From Vicinamibacteria bacterium (GTDB lineage: Bacteria; Acidobacteriota; Vicinamibacteria; Marinacidobacterales; Marinacidobacteraceae), in contig CAXXLQ010000004.1 in assembly GCA_963668695.2 (NCBI GenBank), positions 1,120,001 to 1,184,000 on the forward strand: a stretch of 64,000 nucleotides of DNA, given 5' to 3'. Made by a program: the position numbers and the translations under genes. The stretch's first letter is position 1; each line of letters begins with the position of its first letter. A model generated the notes under the pieces. That model did no database searches and was not told where the DNA came from. It saw only the letters and a program-made list of their open reading frames with translations. This document shows positions 10,687 to 20,557 of this stretch, piece after piece.

Positions 10687-10800
10687 CGAAGAAGCGCGGG
10701 GACGGCTTGGAACGCCGGCCTCCGGCCGGCATCGCGCGGGAGCGCGAAACCAGCGCCCAGCCTTCCCATCACGCGGGACGACTTTGAGATCGGCTGGTTT

Positions 10801-10980
10801 GAGCAACAGGGGAGCCTCGAGGCGATTCTGCGCGATGCCTTCGCGGGCCGGCTCGTCCCTCAGGACCCACCGGACGAACCGGTGTCCGCCCTTCTCGGAC
10901 GCATCGCGGCGGACCGCAAGAGCCGTGGCAGTCGTGCCAAGCCATTGAAAAGGCGCGCCACCAGGCCCCGTCGCCATTTC
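10801..10980 (+). pseudogene. Remnant of a type I R-M specificity subunit (HsdS C-terminus)
   Basis: Translates as LEAILRDAFAGRLVPQDPPDEPVSALLGRIAADRK, the conserved HsdS tail; no target recognition domains upstream. Confidence 0.7.
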
Positions 10981-11076
10981 TGGTTGACCGGGTGGCCCGC
11001 TGACCGGACAACCGCCGTCGCCATCCGGGCTCGCAGCGTTTGTTTATCGCGCGGCCCGTCGGGCCGCAATGCTGGC

Positions 11077-11107
11077 CCCCCACCGGGAGAACTGGCCAGA
11101 GGTCGGC
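11077..11107. repeat. REP-like family 2, representative copy (ccccaccgggagaactggcc)
   Basis: Related copies near 16787, 19385, 25928, 41360, 41416, 41470, 41531, 44830, 44969, 45065; weaker at 47232 and 62787. Confidence 0.8.
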
Positions 11108-11354
11108 GTTCCCGTGCCTGCATCCCGTCAGGGAGGGCACGGATACGCGGTTTCGCGGCCCTGCGGGCCGAGGTGCCGGTCTGAAGACCGGTGTTCCCTT
11201 GCCTGCGCGCTATCCGGGCTGTCGGCGCCCCGCGGCGACTGCATTTGCACAGCAACTGGCGGTGTTCCCTGCCCGGCGGCGCCATTTGGGTAGGCAGCAT
11301 GATGTGTGTTTCGGTCCGACCCTAGTACGATGGGCCGTTCTGGAGACGCCGCCG

Positions 11355-13313
11355 ATGAACCGTGCCCTGACTGTTCTTTCGTGCTTTGCGTTCCTGTTTG
11401 CGGCGGCGGCGGCGTCCGCCCAGGGGTCCGAGGACAGATTTCACTGGCCGTCGTTCCGCGGCCCCGCGGCGTCGGGGGTGGCCGATGGGCAGAACCCGCC
11501 GACCGAGTGGAATGCGATGACCCGGCACAACGTGCTCTGGCGCACCCCGATTCCCGGCCTCGGGCACTCGAGCCCGGTGATCTGGGGCGACCGGATTTTC
11601 GTGACCACCGCGGTCAGCGACGATCCCGACCCCGTCTTCCGCTACGGCACCGATGGGCGCATGGATCGGCGCTCCGACCGGGAGCGGAATACCTGGTTCG
11701 TGTACGCGATCGATCGCTACGGCGGCGACGTGCTCTGGGTACGCGAGGCGGTCAGCGCCATCCCCGAGATCCAGCGCCATCCCAAAAACAGCTACGCCTC
11801 GGCGACGCCGGCGACCGACGGGAAGCACGTCGCCGTGCTGGTGGCCACCGGGAACCTGTTCCTCTACGACTTCGACGGAGCGCTGCTCTGGGAGGTGGAC
11901 CTCGGTGCCCTGGACTCGGGCGCCTCCTACGACGACACCTACCAGTGGGCGGCCGCCAGCTCGCCGATCATCTGGGAGAACCTGGTGATCGTGCAGGCCG
12001 ACCAGCAGGAAGGCTCCTTCATCGCCGCCTTCGACATCGCTACCGGTGAGGAGGTCTGGCGGACCGCACGGGATCTGATCTCCGCGTTCTCGACACCGAC
12101 CGTCTACGCCGGAGCAGAGCGGACCGAACTGATCACGAACGGCGCCGGCACCATGTTCGGGTACGACCCAAGAACCGGCGAAGAGTTCTGGCGGATGTCC
12201 GGCAGCTCGTTGAACACCACGCCGACCCCCGTGGTGGACGGTGGGCTCATCTACCTGACGAGCGGCTACCGCCTGCGCCCGATCTTCGCGATCCGGGCCG
12301 GAGCCACCGGCGACATCTCGCTCGCCGAAGGGGCGAGCTCAAACGACTACGTGGCCTGGAGCTCGCCGCGGGACGGGCCCTACATGTCCTCGCCGCTGGT
12401 GTACCAGGGCTATTTGTACGTGGTCGCCACGAACGGCGTCCTCACGGCCTTCGACGCGGTCACCGGGGAGCGGGCGTACAAGGCCCGCATCGCGGAACGG
12501 GGAGGCGCCTTCACGGCCTCGCCCATCGCCGCCGACGGGCGCATCTACCTGGCCAGCGAAGATGGCGACGTCTTCGTCATCCGGGCCGGTCCCGAGTACG
12601 AACTGCTCGCGACGAACCCGATGGACGAGGTGTGTCTCGCGACGCCGGCGATCTCGGAAGGACAGCTGATCATCCGCACGACCGGGCATCTGGTTGCCGT
12701 CCGGGAAGGCATCGCTCCGACCATGGCCGAAGCGAAGCCTTCTTCGACACCATTCCCCCCGGTGTTTGCCCCCGACCTGGTGTTGCCGTTCGATGACTTC
12801 GAGGACGGAGATCTGTTCGCCCACACCGGCGTCCGCTGGCAGACCTTCACGAATGGCGTCTCGAACGCGGACCTCAGTCTGGTGGAGGGCGGCGCTGCTT
12901 CGACCCCCACCGCCGCCCGGGTTGACGGCGAGTTGACGATCGGTGCGGTGCGCGGTCCGCTCGCCCAGATGTACCAGCCGTTCGACCGCGGCGCGGAGCC
13001 GGTCAGCCTGGAGAACCTCGGCGGCATCCGGTTTCACGCTCGCGGCAGCCACGCCTTCGAGCTGACGCTCCGCTGTACCGGGGTGGACTTCGGAATGAAG
13101 TTGGAAATGTCGGAGGGTTGGCAATCTTTCGAACTCGCCGCCGGCGAGCTGGCGCCCGTCGCGGTGCCGCGGGATGCGGCCTACTGGGACGGCGACGCGT
13201 GTGACGGGCTCTATCTCTCCCGTCGGGGCGAAGCGGAACTTGGCGAGTTCTGGTTCGAGGTGGACGAGTTCACGTTCTACGGCAAAGACGCCTGGGAATC
13301 ACGGAGCCGTTAG
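11355..13313 (+). CDS. Secreted PQQ-type beta-propeller protein with C-terminal CIA30/CBM-like domain
   Basis: [39 protein letters not shown]; C-terminal FDDFED...GIRFHARG...FEVDEFTF. Confidence 0.8.
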   Translation: MNRALTVLSCFAFLFAAAAASAQGSEDRFHWPSFRGPAASGVADGQNPPTEWNAMTRHNVLWRTPIPGLGHSSPVIWGDRIFVTTAVSDDPDPVFRYGTDGRMDRRSDRERNTWFVYAIDRYGGDVLWVREAVSAIPEIQRHPKNSYASATPATDGKHVAVLVATGNLFLYDFDGALLWEVDLGALDSGASYDDTYQWAAASSPIIWENLVIVQADQQEGSFIAAFDIATGEEVWRTARDLISAFSTPTVYAGAERTELITNGAGTMFGYDPRTGEEFWRMSGSSLNTTPTPVVDGGLIYLTSGYRLRPIFAIRAGATGDISLAEGASSNDYVAWSSPRDGPYMSSPLVYQGYLYVVATNGVLTAFDAVTGERAYKARIAERGGAFTASPIAADGRIYLASEDGDVFVIRAGPEYELLATNPMDEVCLATPAISEGQLIIRTTGHLVAVREGIAPTMAEAKPSSTPFPPVFAPDLVLPFDDFEDGDLFAHTGVRWQTFTNGVSNADLSLVEGGAASTPTAARVDGELTIGAVRGPLAQMYQPFDRGAEPVSLENLGGIRFHARGSHAFELTLRCTGVDFGMKLEMSEGWQSFELAAGELAPVAVPRDAAYWDGDACDGLYLSRRGEAELGEFWFEVDEFTFYGKDAWESRSR

Positions 13314-13388
13314 TCAATTCCACTGCCGCTGGCGGCGGCCGGCGCGGTTGTGCTTATCTCTTGATGGAAGTTGAAAAGAAGAGGAACC

Positions 13389-14504
13389 ATGTCACCAATA
13401 TCCGCACAAGGAACCTACAAGAAGATCATCTTCGACAGCGATATGGGCTTTTATGCCACCCTGAAGAGGCGTGTGCATGAGCGTTTCCCGGAGATCAGGA
13501 CTCGAAGAACGGGAGGCTGGCGCATGGCGCCCAAGACGGCAATCATCCTGACGGGGTTGGTCGTTTCGTACGTCTTTTTGGTTTTCTTCTCCACGTCCGC
13601 AATCACGACGATCATTGCAGCGATTGCCCTTTCGCAGGCCTTGGTTCTTGTTGGCTTCAATCTGGTGCACGAAGGCGCACACGGGAGTTATTGCGACAAC
13701 AAGAAGATCAACTGGCTGATGGGTTCCACCGCGGGCTTCATCGGAGCCAGTCAGATGATTTGGCAGCATAAGCACAATGTCCTCCATCACACCTATACGA
13801 ATGTCGAGGAAATGGACACCGACATACAGAGCAACGCCATAATGCGCTGGAGCCAGTTGCAGGAATGGCGGCCATGGCATCGGTTTCAGCACCTGTATGC
13901 CTATCCGATGTACAGCATGTTGACCCTGCAGGTGATCTACAGCGATTTCAAGAGGATGATTTCAGGGCGAATTGGCAACTACATCCTGCCAAAGACGAGC
14001 CGCTCCCAGAGAGCGACCTTCGCTTTGACCAAGATCTTCTATGTCGGATACGCCTTGGTGATCCCGCTCTTTTTCCACTCCTGGCTCCATGTGCTGGCCG
14101 TCTTCTTGCTCGTCAACCTGATCGCCGGCGTGACCCTGGCCGCGGTGTTTTCGCTGGCTCACACGGTGGAGGGCACCGCCTTTCCGGTGCCCGACCCCGA
14201 GTCGGGCGCGATGGGCAAGGAGTGGGCAATTCATGAAGTGGAGACCACGGCAAATTTTGCGCCCCGGAGCCGGCTGGCTGCCTGGTATCTGGGAGGTCTG
14301 AATTCCCAGATCGAACATCACCTGTTCCCCAATGTGTGCCATCTCTACTACCCGCGTCTTCGCCACATCGTTGAGGAGACGTGTCGGGACTTTTCGGTTC
14401 GTTACCTTTCCTATCCCACGTTTGCTTCGGCACTCAGATCACACCATCGGCACTTGAAGGCGATGGGGCAGCGGCGCTTCGTGGCCCCTGGAGCTCCGGG
14501 GTAG
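13389..14504 (+). CDS. Membrane fatty acid (acyl-CoA) desaturase
   Basis: His boxes HEGAH, HNVLHH, QIEHHLFP; RBS GAGGA before ATG. Confidence 0.9.
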   Translation: MSPISAQGTYKKIIFDSDMGFYATLKRRVHERFPEIRTRRTGGWRMAPKTAIILTGLVVSYVFLVFFSTSAITTIIAAIALSQALVLVGFNLVHEGAHGSYCDNKKINWLMGSTAGFIGASQMIWQHKHNVLHHTYTNVEEMDTDIQSNAIMRWSQLQEWRPWHRFQHLYAYPMYSMLTLQVIYSDFKRMISGRIGNYILPKTSRSQRATFALTKIFYVGYALVIPLFFHSWLHVLAVFLLVNLIAGVTLAAVFSLAHTVEGTAFPVPDPESGAMGKEWAIHEVETTANFAPRSRLAAWYLGGLNSQIEHHLFPNVCHLYYPRLRHIVEETCRDFSVRYLSYPTFASALRSHHRHLKAMGQRRFVAPGAPG

Positions 14505-14542
14505 GGAAATTCCCGGGAGCCGATCCGCGCGGCTCCGATTAA

Positions 14543-14761
14543 CAGCCTGTGGTGAAACCCCGAAGGCATCCAATCGCGGCGCGCAGCGCCGCGGGGGTGG
14601 GGTGTGGGGAGGGGTTTCCTCTCCCCACGGGTTGGTGGAGCGAATCGTGCAGCGATTCGCTCCACCAACCCGTGGGGGAAGCGCCCCGCACGCACCCAAA
14701 CCGCCAGATTCGGCGCGTGGGACGCCCTGGGGCTCGTGCGGGGTGCTTTCACCACGGGCTG
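14543..14761. mobile_element. MITE-like element with terminal inverted repeats and a perfect 25-bp internal hairpin
   Basis: Ends cagcctgtggtgaaa / tttcaccacgggctg; flanks ttaa/tcaa; stem 14623-14647 pairs with 14653-14677. Confidence 0.7.
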
Positions 14762-15943
14762 TCAATGCGTCCGGCCGAGATAGAGGGTGTTCGGCGCGTC
14801 CGAGCGTCCCGCCACGATGTCCGGGATCCCGTCACCATTGACGTCGCCGATCGCGAGCCCGTACATGGCGCCCTCCGCGTCACCGAAGGGGGTCCGCGTG
14901 AACGACACCCCGGAGCCGTCGTTCGTCAGGATCGCTCCCGGCGCCCCCCGGTTGCCGATCACGACGTCCAGGTCTCCGTCGCCGTCGAGGTCGGCCACCG
15001 CGAGCGAGTACGCGTTGTCGGCCGGGTCCGCGATTTGCCGGCGCTCCTCGAACGTGATGCCGTCCCGGCCCGGGTAGAGCCACACCCCGCCGCCGAGCTG
15101 ATCGCCCAGCACGATATCGAGCCTCCCGTCGCCGTTCAGGTCGCCGAAGGTCACCGCCCGGGTCGCGGACTCCGGCGGACCCACCGCGTGGGTCTCGGAG
15201 AATCCGCCGTGACCGTCATTCACGTACAGATAGCTCTGGCCACCGTCCCGGTGAGGAACGAACAGATCCCGGAACCCGTCGCCCGTGAGGTCCCCCGCCC
15301 CGATGGTCGTGGCTGAGTTCCTCGAAAGAACCCGGCACTCGGGAAACGCCCCGGATCCGTCATTGACGCACACGTAGTTGGCGCTGCGGTTCTCGGGTCC
15401 GCCCCGGTTCGCGACGACGATTTCGGGTCGGTGGTCGCCGTTCAGGTCGGCCACCGTGACGTTCCGGGTGGGCCAGGATGCGTCGCCGAAGGTCCCGGCG
15501 AGGGTGAACGAAGCGGCCCCGTCGTTGAAATAGATCCGCTTGTCGTCGGGCCGGTCGTTGCCAACGACGAGGTCGAGATCGCCGTCCCCATCCAGATCGG
15601 CGAGCGCCGCGGTGTAGGTGCGGTCGGGGGAGGCGTCGAGCGCGTGCCGCTCGTCGAAACCGCCGGCCCCGTCGTTCAGCAGCACGAAATCCGCGAGCGG
15701 CCAATGGCGACCCTTCGCGAGGACGATGTCCAGGTCCCCGTCGCCGTCGAGATCCCCCAGGCTCGCGTTTGCGCTGGTTTCAGCGGTGTCCTCAAGCGGC
15801 ACGGCCCGTATCTGCTGGGCGCTCTCGCTGGGCGCGGCGAGCAGCAATCCGGGGAGAACAAGGACCATCGCGCCGGCTGGCGCCGACAGCGCCCGCCGTC
15901 GGCCGCTACCTTGGATTTCCACGAGCCAAGTGCATTTTTTCAA
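14762..15943 (-). CDS. FG-GAP/VCBS repeat secreted protein (start uncertain)
   Basis: Seven DLDGDGDLD-type repeats. Confidence 0.85.
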   Translation of the reverse strand: MKKCTWLVEIQGSGRRRALSAPAGAMVLVLPGLLLAAPSESAQQIRAVPLEDTAETSANASLGDLDGDGDLDIVLAKGRHWPLADFVLLNDGAGGFDERHALDASPDRTYTAALADLDGDGDLDLVVGNDRPDDKRIYFNDGAASFTLAGTFGDASWPTRNVTVADLNGDHRPEIVVANRGGPENRSANYVCVNDGSGAFPECRVLSRNSATTIGAGDLTGDGFRDLFVPHRDGGQSYLYVNDGHGGFSETHAVGPPESATRAVTFGDLNGDGRLDIVLGDQLGGGVWLYPGRDGITFEERRQIADPADNAYSLAVADLDGDGDLDVVIGNRGAPGAILTNDGSGVSFTRTPFGDAEGAMYGLAIGDVNGDGIPDIVAGRSDAPNTLYLGRTH

Positions 15944-15961
15944 GGTAGATCCCGGCGCGTG

Positions 15962-16654
15962 CTATTCCGCGCGACGGTTCGGACCGATATCGACCTCGGT
16001 CACGTGGACGCTGAGGCCGGCCCCCGCGCGTACGCCGATCACGCCGTCGCGGGCAATCTGGTTTCCCGGCAGTTCGGCGATCGGGGCATCGTTCAGATAG
16101 AACATCGTGCGGTCCCCACGCACGTCCACGGCGAGCACGTTCTTGACCGGTCCCGAGGCCTCGGCGCCCATCGTCACGAGCGCGTCGTGCTCCGTCCAGG
16201 GCACGAGATCGCGGGTCTTCCCGCCGCTGTGCTCGGCGATCCGGAAGTGGCGATCGTTGCGCAACTCGAATGAGGCGTAGTGGGCCCCATCCGCTTCCAG
16301 ATCGCGGCCGGCGAGAAAGAGACCGAGGGGGCTGTCGAGCCGGGTGGAGCCGGATTGATCCGGGTCGCCCTCCGGAAAGAGGAAGATGGTGCTGCTGACC
16401 CCGAAGGCGTCCGAGGCGAAACTTCCCGGATCCCAGAACAACCCTCCCGGGCCGGAGAAGACGTGCCAGCCGGGCCGCATCACCACGAAGCGGCGTTCAG
16501 GAGCCGAGGTCCCGTCGTCGTAACGCGCCTTCCAGTGGTCGGGGCGTTCGAGGTTGTATCCGGACTGCGCCGCCAGCGGGGCCGCGAAGAGGATGAGGAC
16601 GAGGCCGAGGACCGCCATCAAGGCCGGGCACCGTACGGCGGGGACATGAGGCAT
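15962..16654 (-). CDS. Hypothetical secreted beta-rich protein
   Basis: Signal peptide ending PLAAQ; plausible globular sequence; no family recognised with confidence. Confidence 0.7.
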   Translation of the reverse strand: MPHVPAVRCPALMAVLGLVLILFAAPLAAQSGYNLERPDHWKARYDDGTSAPERRFVVMRPGWHVFSGPGGLFWDPGSFASDAFGVSSTIFLFPEGDPDQSGSTRLDSPLGLFLAGRDLEADGAHYASFELRNDRHFRIAEHSGGKTRDLVPWTEHDALVTMGAEASGPVKNVLAVDVRGDRTMFYLNDAPIAELPGNQIARDGVIGVRAGAGLSVHVTEVDIGPNRRAE

Positions 16655-16863
16655 CGAAATCGCTTCTTGGGTCAGACCGGCAGCACTTCTCGCGGCTGGC
16701 AGCATCGTACCGTTGCCATGGACGCCATGAAGGCGGGAAGCATCGCGCGTTTCGCCCGCCTTGAGCGGGCGATGCCGGTGTGAACGCCCCCACCGGGAGG
16801 ACTGGCCGGCGGGCCCGTGCCTGCATCCCGTGAGGGAGCACATCCGAAGGCGCCACCGCGGCC

Positions 16864-17733
16864 CTATGGACCACGATGCCGACCTGGAGCGTCGGCGCCC
16901 GGCTTTTCTTCCGAAGCGGCGTCCCGCCTACGCCGCATGACTTTGAAGCGCGTCTCCATCCACGCCTGCCAGGCCGCCTCGTTGCGGGCGGCGGCCGCCG
17001 CCTCGTCGCCGTAGAAGTAGATGCTGAGCGCCACTGTGGCCCGGTCGGCGATCTTGTACGCGCTCAGCGCTGCGGTTCCCGGCGCCGGCTGGTCGAGCCG
17101 GATTACGGCATAAGGCTGACGCCCGGTTCGCGATTCCTCGAAGACGCCTGCGAGCCCCGCCGCACCGGAAACTGCGAAGGCCCAACGGTCACCCGGGGAA
17201 AGCCCGCGGGCGTTGAGCTCGCCGAGCAGCGCCTCCCAGGCATCTCGCGTCGAGCCGTCCGCGGCGCCGATGACCCGGACGATCGAGGCTCGCTGGCCCC
17301 GGAAGTGGCCGAGGTAGAGCCGCATGATGGCCAGGCATTGCGGCCAGCCGGCTTCGAAGCTCTCGAGCTGGTCGTCCCAGTCGTCGAGGCCGGCGAACAG
17401 GCTGTGCACCACGCGCACGAGACACCGTCCGCCGCTCGTAGGCTCGATGGTCCATTCGGTGGCCGTCGGCGGGCCTCCCGGGCCGCAGTCCTCGCCCTCG
17501 TGACGGAACCGATGCGGTGGATCCCAGACGGTCACCGTTGCCGGCGCGTCCATCTTGGAACCCGTGTGGTAGCGGAGGGCGCCGCCGACCCGTTCCTCGA
17601 CGTCGGTCGGGTAGAACCAGGATGAGATTCCCGGCCCGGTGGCGAGGGCCTCCCAAACCTCCTCCGGGGTTCCCGGGACTTCGACTTCGACCTCGATGGA
17701 ACGGCGGCCGGAGGGATCGCGCTTGATGGTCAT
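16864..17733 (-). CDS. SRPBCC/AHSA1 domain protein
   Basis: EVEVPGTPEEVWEALATGPGISSWF, WDPPHRF. Confidence 0.85.
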   Translation of the reverse strand: MTIKRDPSGRRSIEVEVEVPGTPEEVWEALATGPGISSWFYPTDVEERVGGALRYHTGSKMDAPATVTVWDPPHRFRHEGEDCGPGGPPTATEWTIEPTSGGRCLVRVVHSLFAGLDDWDDQLESFEAGWPQCLAIMRLYLGHFRGQRASIVRVIGAADGSTRDAWEALLGELNARGLSPGDRWAFAVSGAAGLAGVFEESRTGRQPYAVIRLDQPAPGTAALSAYKIADRATVALSIYFYGDEAAAAARNEAAWQAWMETRFKVMRRRRDAASEEKPGADAPGRHRGP

Positions 17734-18329
17734 CGTGCCTCCAAGGGTGGGTTCGCGGGAGCCGGATGGGCGACGACGACCAGGCGGTGGCGCCGTCCCC
17801 CGGGGGCGGATTCATCGTGATAGCGCCGGGCCAGCTCGGAGATCGCGGCGACGAGTTCCCCGCTGAACCGGGCACGCGCTTCCGGTGAATGGAAACGGAT
17901 CTCGGTGTCCAGCGAGAAAGTGGCGAGCCGCTTCCCGGTCTCGCGGGAACGACGTGCGAAATGGCTCACCTCGCGCACGATGCGCGCGGCGAGCGCGATC
18001 AGGTAGCTGGCCGAAAGCCGGTCGCGCGTGCGCCCCGGATCACACGCCAGCGGGCCGAGCGCGGCCGGGCTGATCAAGTACGACCGGGCGGTGGCCACCA
18101 GCCGACGCTCGGTCAGCCCGCCCCACTTGCGCTCCCCGGCGATCTGCACGAGACCGTGCTTTTCGAGCGTCCGGAGGTGGTAGTTGACCTTCTGGCGGGG
18201 GAGGTCCAGCCGCGCCGCGAGGGTTGCCGCCGAGACCGGCTCGGCCATTTCCGAGAGCAGCCGGGCCCGCTTCGGGTCCAGAGTCACCGCGGCGGCGCCC
18301 GGCTCTTCGATGACCGCGACATCGAGCAT
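17730..18329 (-). CDS. ArsR-type HTH transcriptional regulator
   Basis: SAATLAARLDLPRQKVNYHLRTLE; 4-bp overlap with the SRPBCC gene. Confidence 0.85.
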   Translation of the reverse strand: MLDVAVIEEPGAAAVTLDPKRARLLSEMAEPVSAATLAARLDLPRQKVNYHLRTLEKHGLVQIAGERKWGGLTERRLVATARSYLISPAALGPLACDPGRTRDRLSASYLIALAARIVREVSHFARRSRETGKRLATFSLDTEIRFHSPEARARFSGELVAAISELARRYHDESAPGGRRHRLVVVAHPAPANPPLEAR

Positions 18330-18363
18330 CGACGAGGGATCAGATCATTGACAAATATATTTG

Positions 18364-19425
18364 TCAATAGGTATTCGATTCCGCTCGGGAGGCAGAGAGA
18401 GCGTCGCGCATTGCCCGAATGTCCTGCGGGCGCGTGCGGCAGCAGCCGCCGATGAGGGTCGCGCCGAGGCGTCGCCACTCGGGAGCGAGCTGCGGCAGGT
18501 TCGCCGTTTCGGCGGGCGTTTCCCAGATCTTCCGGACCGGGTCCCAGCGGCCGTCACCGTTCGGATAGGCGACCACCGGCTTGCCGCTGGCGGCGCCGAT
18601 CCTCGGGATCAGCTCGGCGAGATGCTTCGGGGCGGTGCAGTTGACGCCGACCCAATGGATCCGGGGGCAGTCGGCCAGATCGGCCGCGATCTCGCCAACC
18701 GGGGTGCCGTCGGAGAGATGCGCCCCGTCCCGGCAGGTGAAGCTGAACCACGCCGGCGGCGCCGTATCCAGGCGCTCGAGCAGCCGCCGGAGCACGCGTG
18801 CCTCGCGCGCCGAGGGGATGGTCTCCACCGCGAGCAGATCGGCCCCGGCGCGGGCCAGCACCTCCAGCCGCCGCCAGTGGAAAGTGGCGAGGCCCGCGTC
18901 GTCGATGGCGTAGTCGCCGGTGTACTCCGAGCCGTCCGCCAGGAACGCCCCGTAGGGTCCTACGCTCGCCGCGACGAGCGGCCGCCGCCGGTCCGCGCGG
19001 TTTGCCGGATCGCGCCAGAACCGGTTGCGCTCCTCCGCGGCGAGCTCGACTGCGAGCCGGAAGATGCGCTCGGATTCCTTGTCGGAGAGTCCGTACCGGG
19101 AGAGACCGGGGAAGCTGGCCTGATAGGTGGCGGCGATGACGCAGTCCGCGCCCGCTTCGAGGAACCGGGCGTGGACCGCGCGGATCGCGTCGGGCGTCTC
19201 GATCAACACCCGCGCCGACCAGAGCGCGTGGTTCAGGTCGAAGCCGTCGGCTTCGAGTTCGGTGGCGAGGCCGCCGTCGAGGATCAGGGGCTCGGTGTGC
19301 CTGCCACTCTGGCCCGGCCGCGCTTCAGGCTGATCGGGCGGACGCCGTTCGCCGCGCTGCGAGCGGCTATCCCGGTCCGAAGGCCCCCACCCGGAGACTG
19401 GCCGGCGCTCCCAATCAGCCGCCAA
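18364..19425 (-). CDS. mmuM: Homocysteine S-methyltransferase (start uncertain; nearest in-frame TTG used)
   Basis: ILDGGLATELE, SVGPYGAFLADGSEYTG, GVNC, IGGCC. Confidence 0.88.
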   Translation of the reverse strand: MAADWERRPVSGWGPSDRDSRSQRGERRPPDQPEARPGQSGRHTEPLILDGGLATELEADGFDLNHALWSARVLIETPDAIRAVHARFLEAGADCVIAATYQASFPGLSRYGLSDKESERIFRLAVELAAEERNRFWRDPANRADRRRPLVAASVGPYGAFLADGSEYTGDYAIDDAGLATFHWRRLEVLARAGADLLAVETIPSAREARVLRRLLERLDTAPPAWFSFTCRDGAHLSDGTPVGEIAADLADCPRIHWVGVNCTAPKHLAELIPRIGAASGKPVVAYPNGDGRWDPVRKIWETPAETANLPQLAPEWRRLGATLIGGCCRTRPQDIRAMRDALSASRAESNTY

Positions 19426-20542
19426 AGATCTCGCGGAAGTAGCGAACCCAGTTACCGCCCAGGATCTTCGCGATGTCCACCTCGGCGACGCCGCGCCGGT
19501 CGAGGGCGTGGGCGACGTTCCGGAACCGCTCGGGCTCGTCGAGGCCCTCGATGAAGGGAGGCCAGCGGACCCGGTAACTCGGCTTGAAGTTCCGGAGCCG
19601 GGGCTCGTACCAGTTCTCGCGGGTGGCCCACGACCGGAGCCCGCGGATCGCGTGGTCGGTGGAGACGCCCACGTGCTCGATCCCGGCAACGTTCACCGCG
19701 TGCATGATGTGGTTCACGTAGTCCTCGAGCGAGGAGTCCGGGTCGGGCCCGACGAAGTAGCCGAGGCTCGCGATGCCGGTGATCCCGCCCTTGTCCGACA
19801 TGGCGCGGATCTGTTCGTCGGTCTTGGCGCGGGGATGGTCGTTGTAGATCGCTTCGCAGAAGGTGTGGGTGAACGCGGCGGGCCTCGACGAGACCTCGAT
19901 TCCGTCCATGGAGGTCTTCCGGCCGCAGTGGGAGAGGTCCACGATGATGCCCAGTTCGTTCATGCGCCCCACCACCTCGACCCCGAAGTCGGAGAGGCCG
20001 CCGTCCACCCGCTCGGTGCAGCCGCTCCCGAGGCGGTTTTGCGAGTTGTAGGTGAGCTGGATGCAGCGGGTCCCGAGTTCGTAGAGCGGATCCAGGTTCT
20101 CGAGCACCCCCTCGAGCATGGTGGCGTTTTGGAAGCCGAACAGCACCGCCATCTTCCCCTCCGCCTTCGCCCGCTCGATGTCGGCGGCGGTAGTGGCGTG
20201 GACCAGCTTGTCCGGGTTTTCCCGGATGCGGCGGCGCCACTCGGCGAGCGCCCGCGCCGCGACCTGGAAGTTCGGGCTGGGGAGGGTGGTCTGAATCCCG
20301 GTGTATCCCGAGCGCTTGACCGCGTCGTACTCCACGTCGTCCCATTCGTAGCCGACGGCCAGCGAATCGATGACTACCGACTGGTCGTAGAGGGTGTCGA
20401 TCGCCGGGTTCCGTGGGGGTTTTTGGGTGGCGGTTTGCTGGAGGGGCAAGGCGGGTGCACCTACGGAACCGGAAGACGCCCCGAGTGACCGGTGGGTGGT
20501 GAGGGAAGCGGCCATCAGGCCGAGAAAGATGCGTCGCTCCAT
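19415..20542 (-). CDS. Membrane dipeptidase (M19), Tat-like signal
   Basis: RRIFL N-terminus, QLTYN, IVDLSH, HPRAKTDEQI, EHVGVSTD. Confidence 0.88.
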   Translation of the reverse strand: MERRIFLGLMAASLTTHRSLGASSGSVGAPALPLQQTATQKPPRNPAIDTLYDQSVVIDSLAVGYEWDDVEYDAVKRSGYTGIQTTLPSPNFQVAARALAEWRRRIRENPDKLVHATTAADIERAKAEGKMAVLFGFQNATMLEGVLENLDPLYELGTRCIQLTYNSQNRLGSGCTERVDGGLSDFGVEVVGRMNELGIIVDLSHCGRKTSMDGIEVSSRPAAFTHTFCEAIYNDHPRAKTDEQIRAMSDKGGITGIASLGYFVGPDPDSSLEDYVNHIMHAVNVAGIEHVGVSTDHAIRGLRSWATRENWYEPRLRNFKPSYRVRWPPFIEGLDEPERFRNVAHALDRRGVAEVDIAKILGGNWVRYFREIFGG

Positions 20543-20557
20543 CGGAACGTACCTCCG

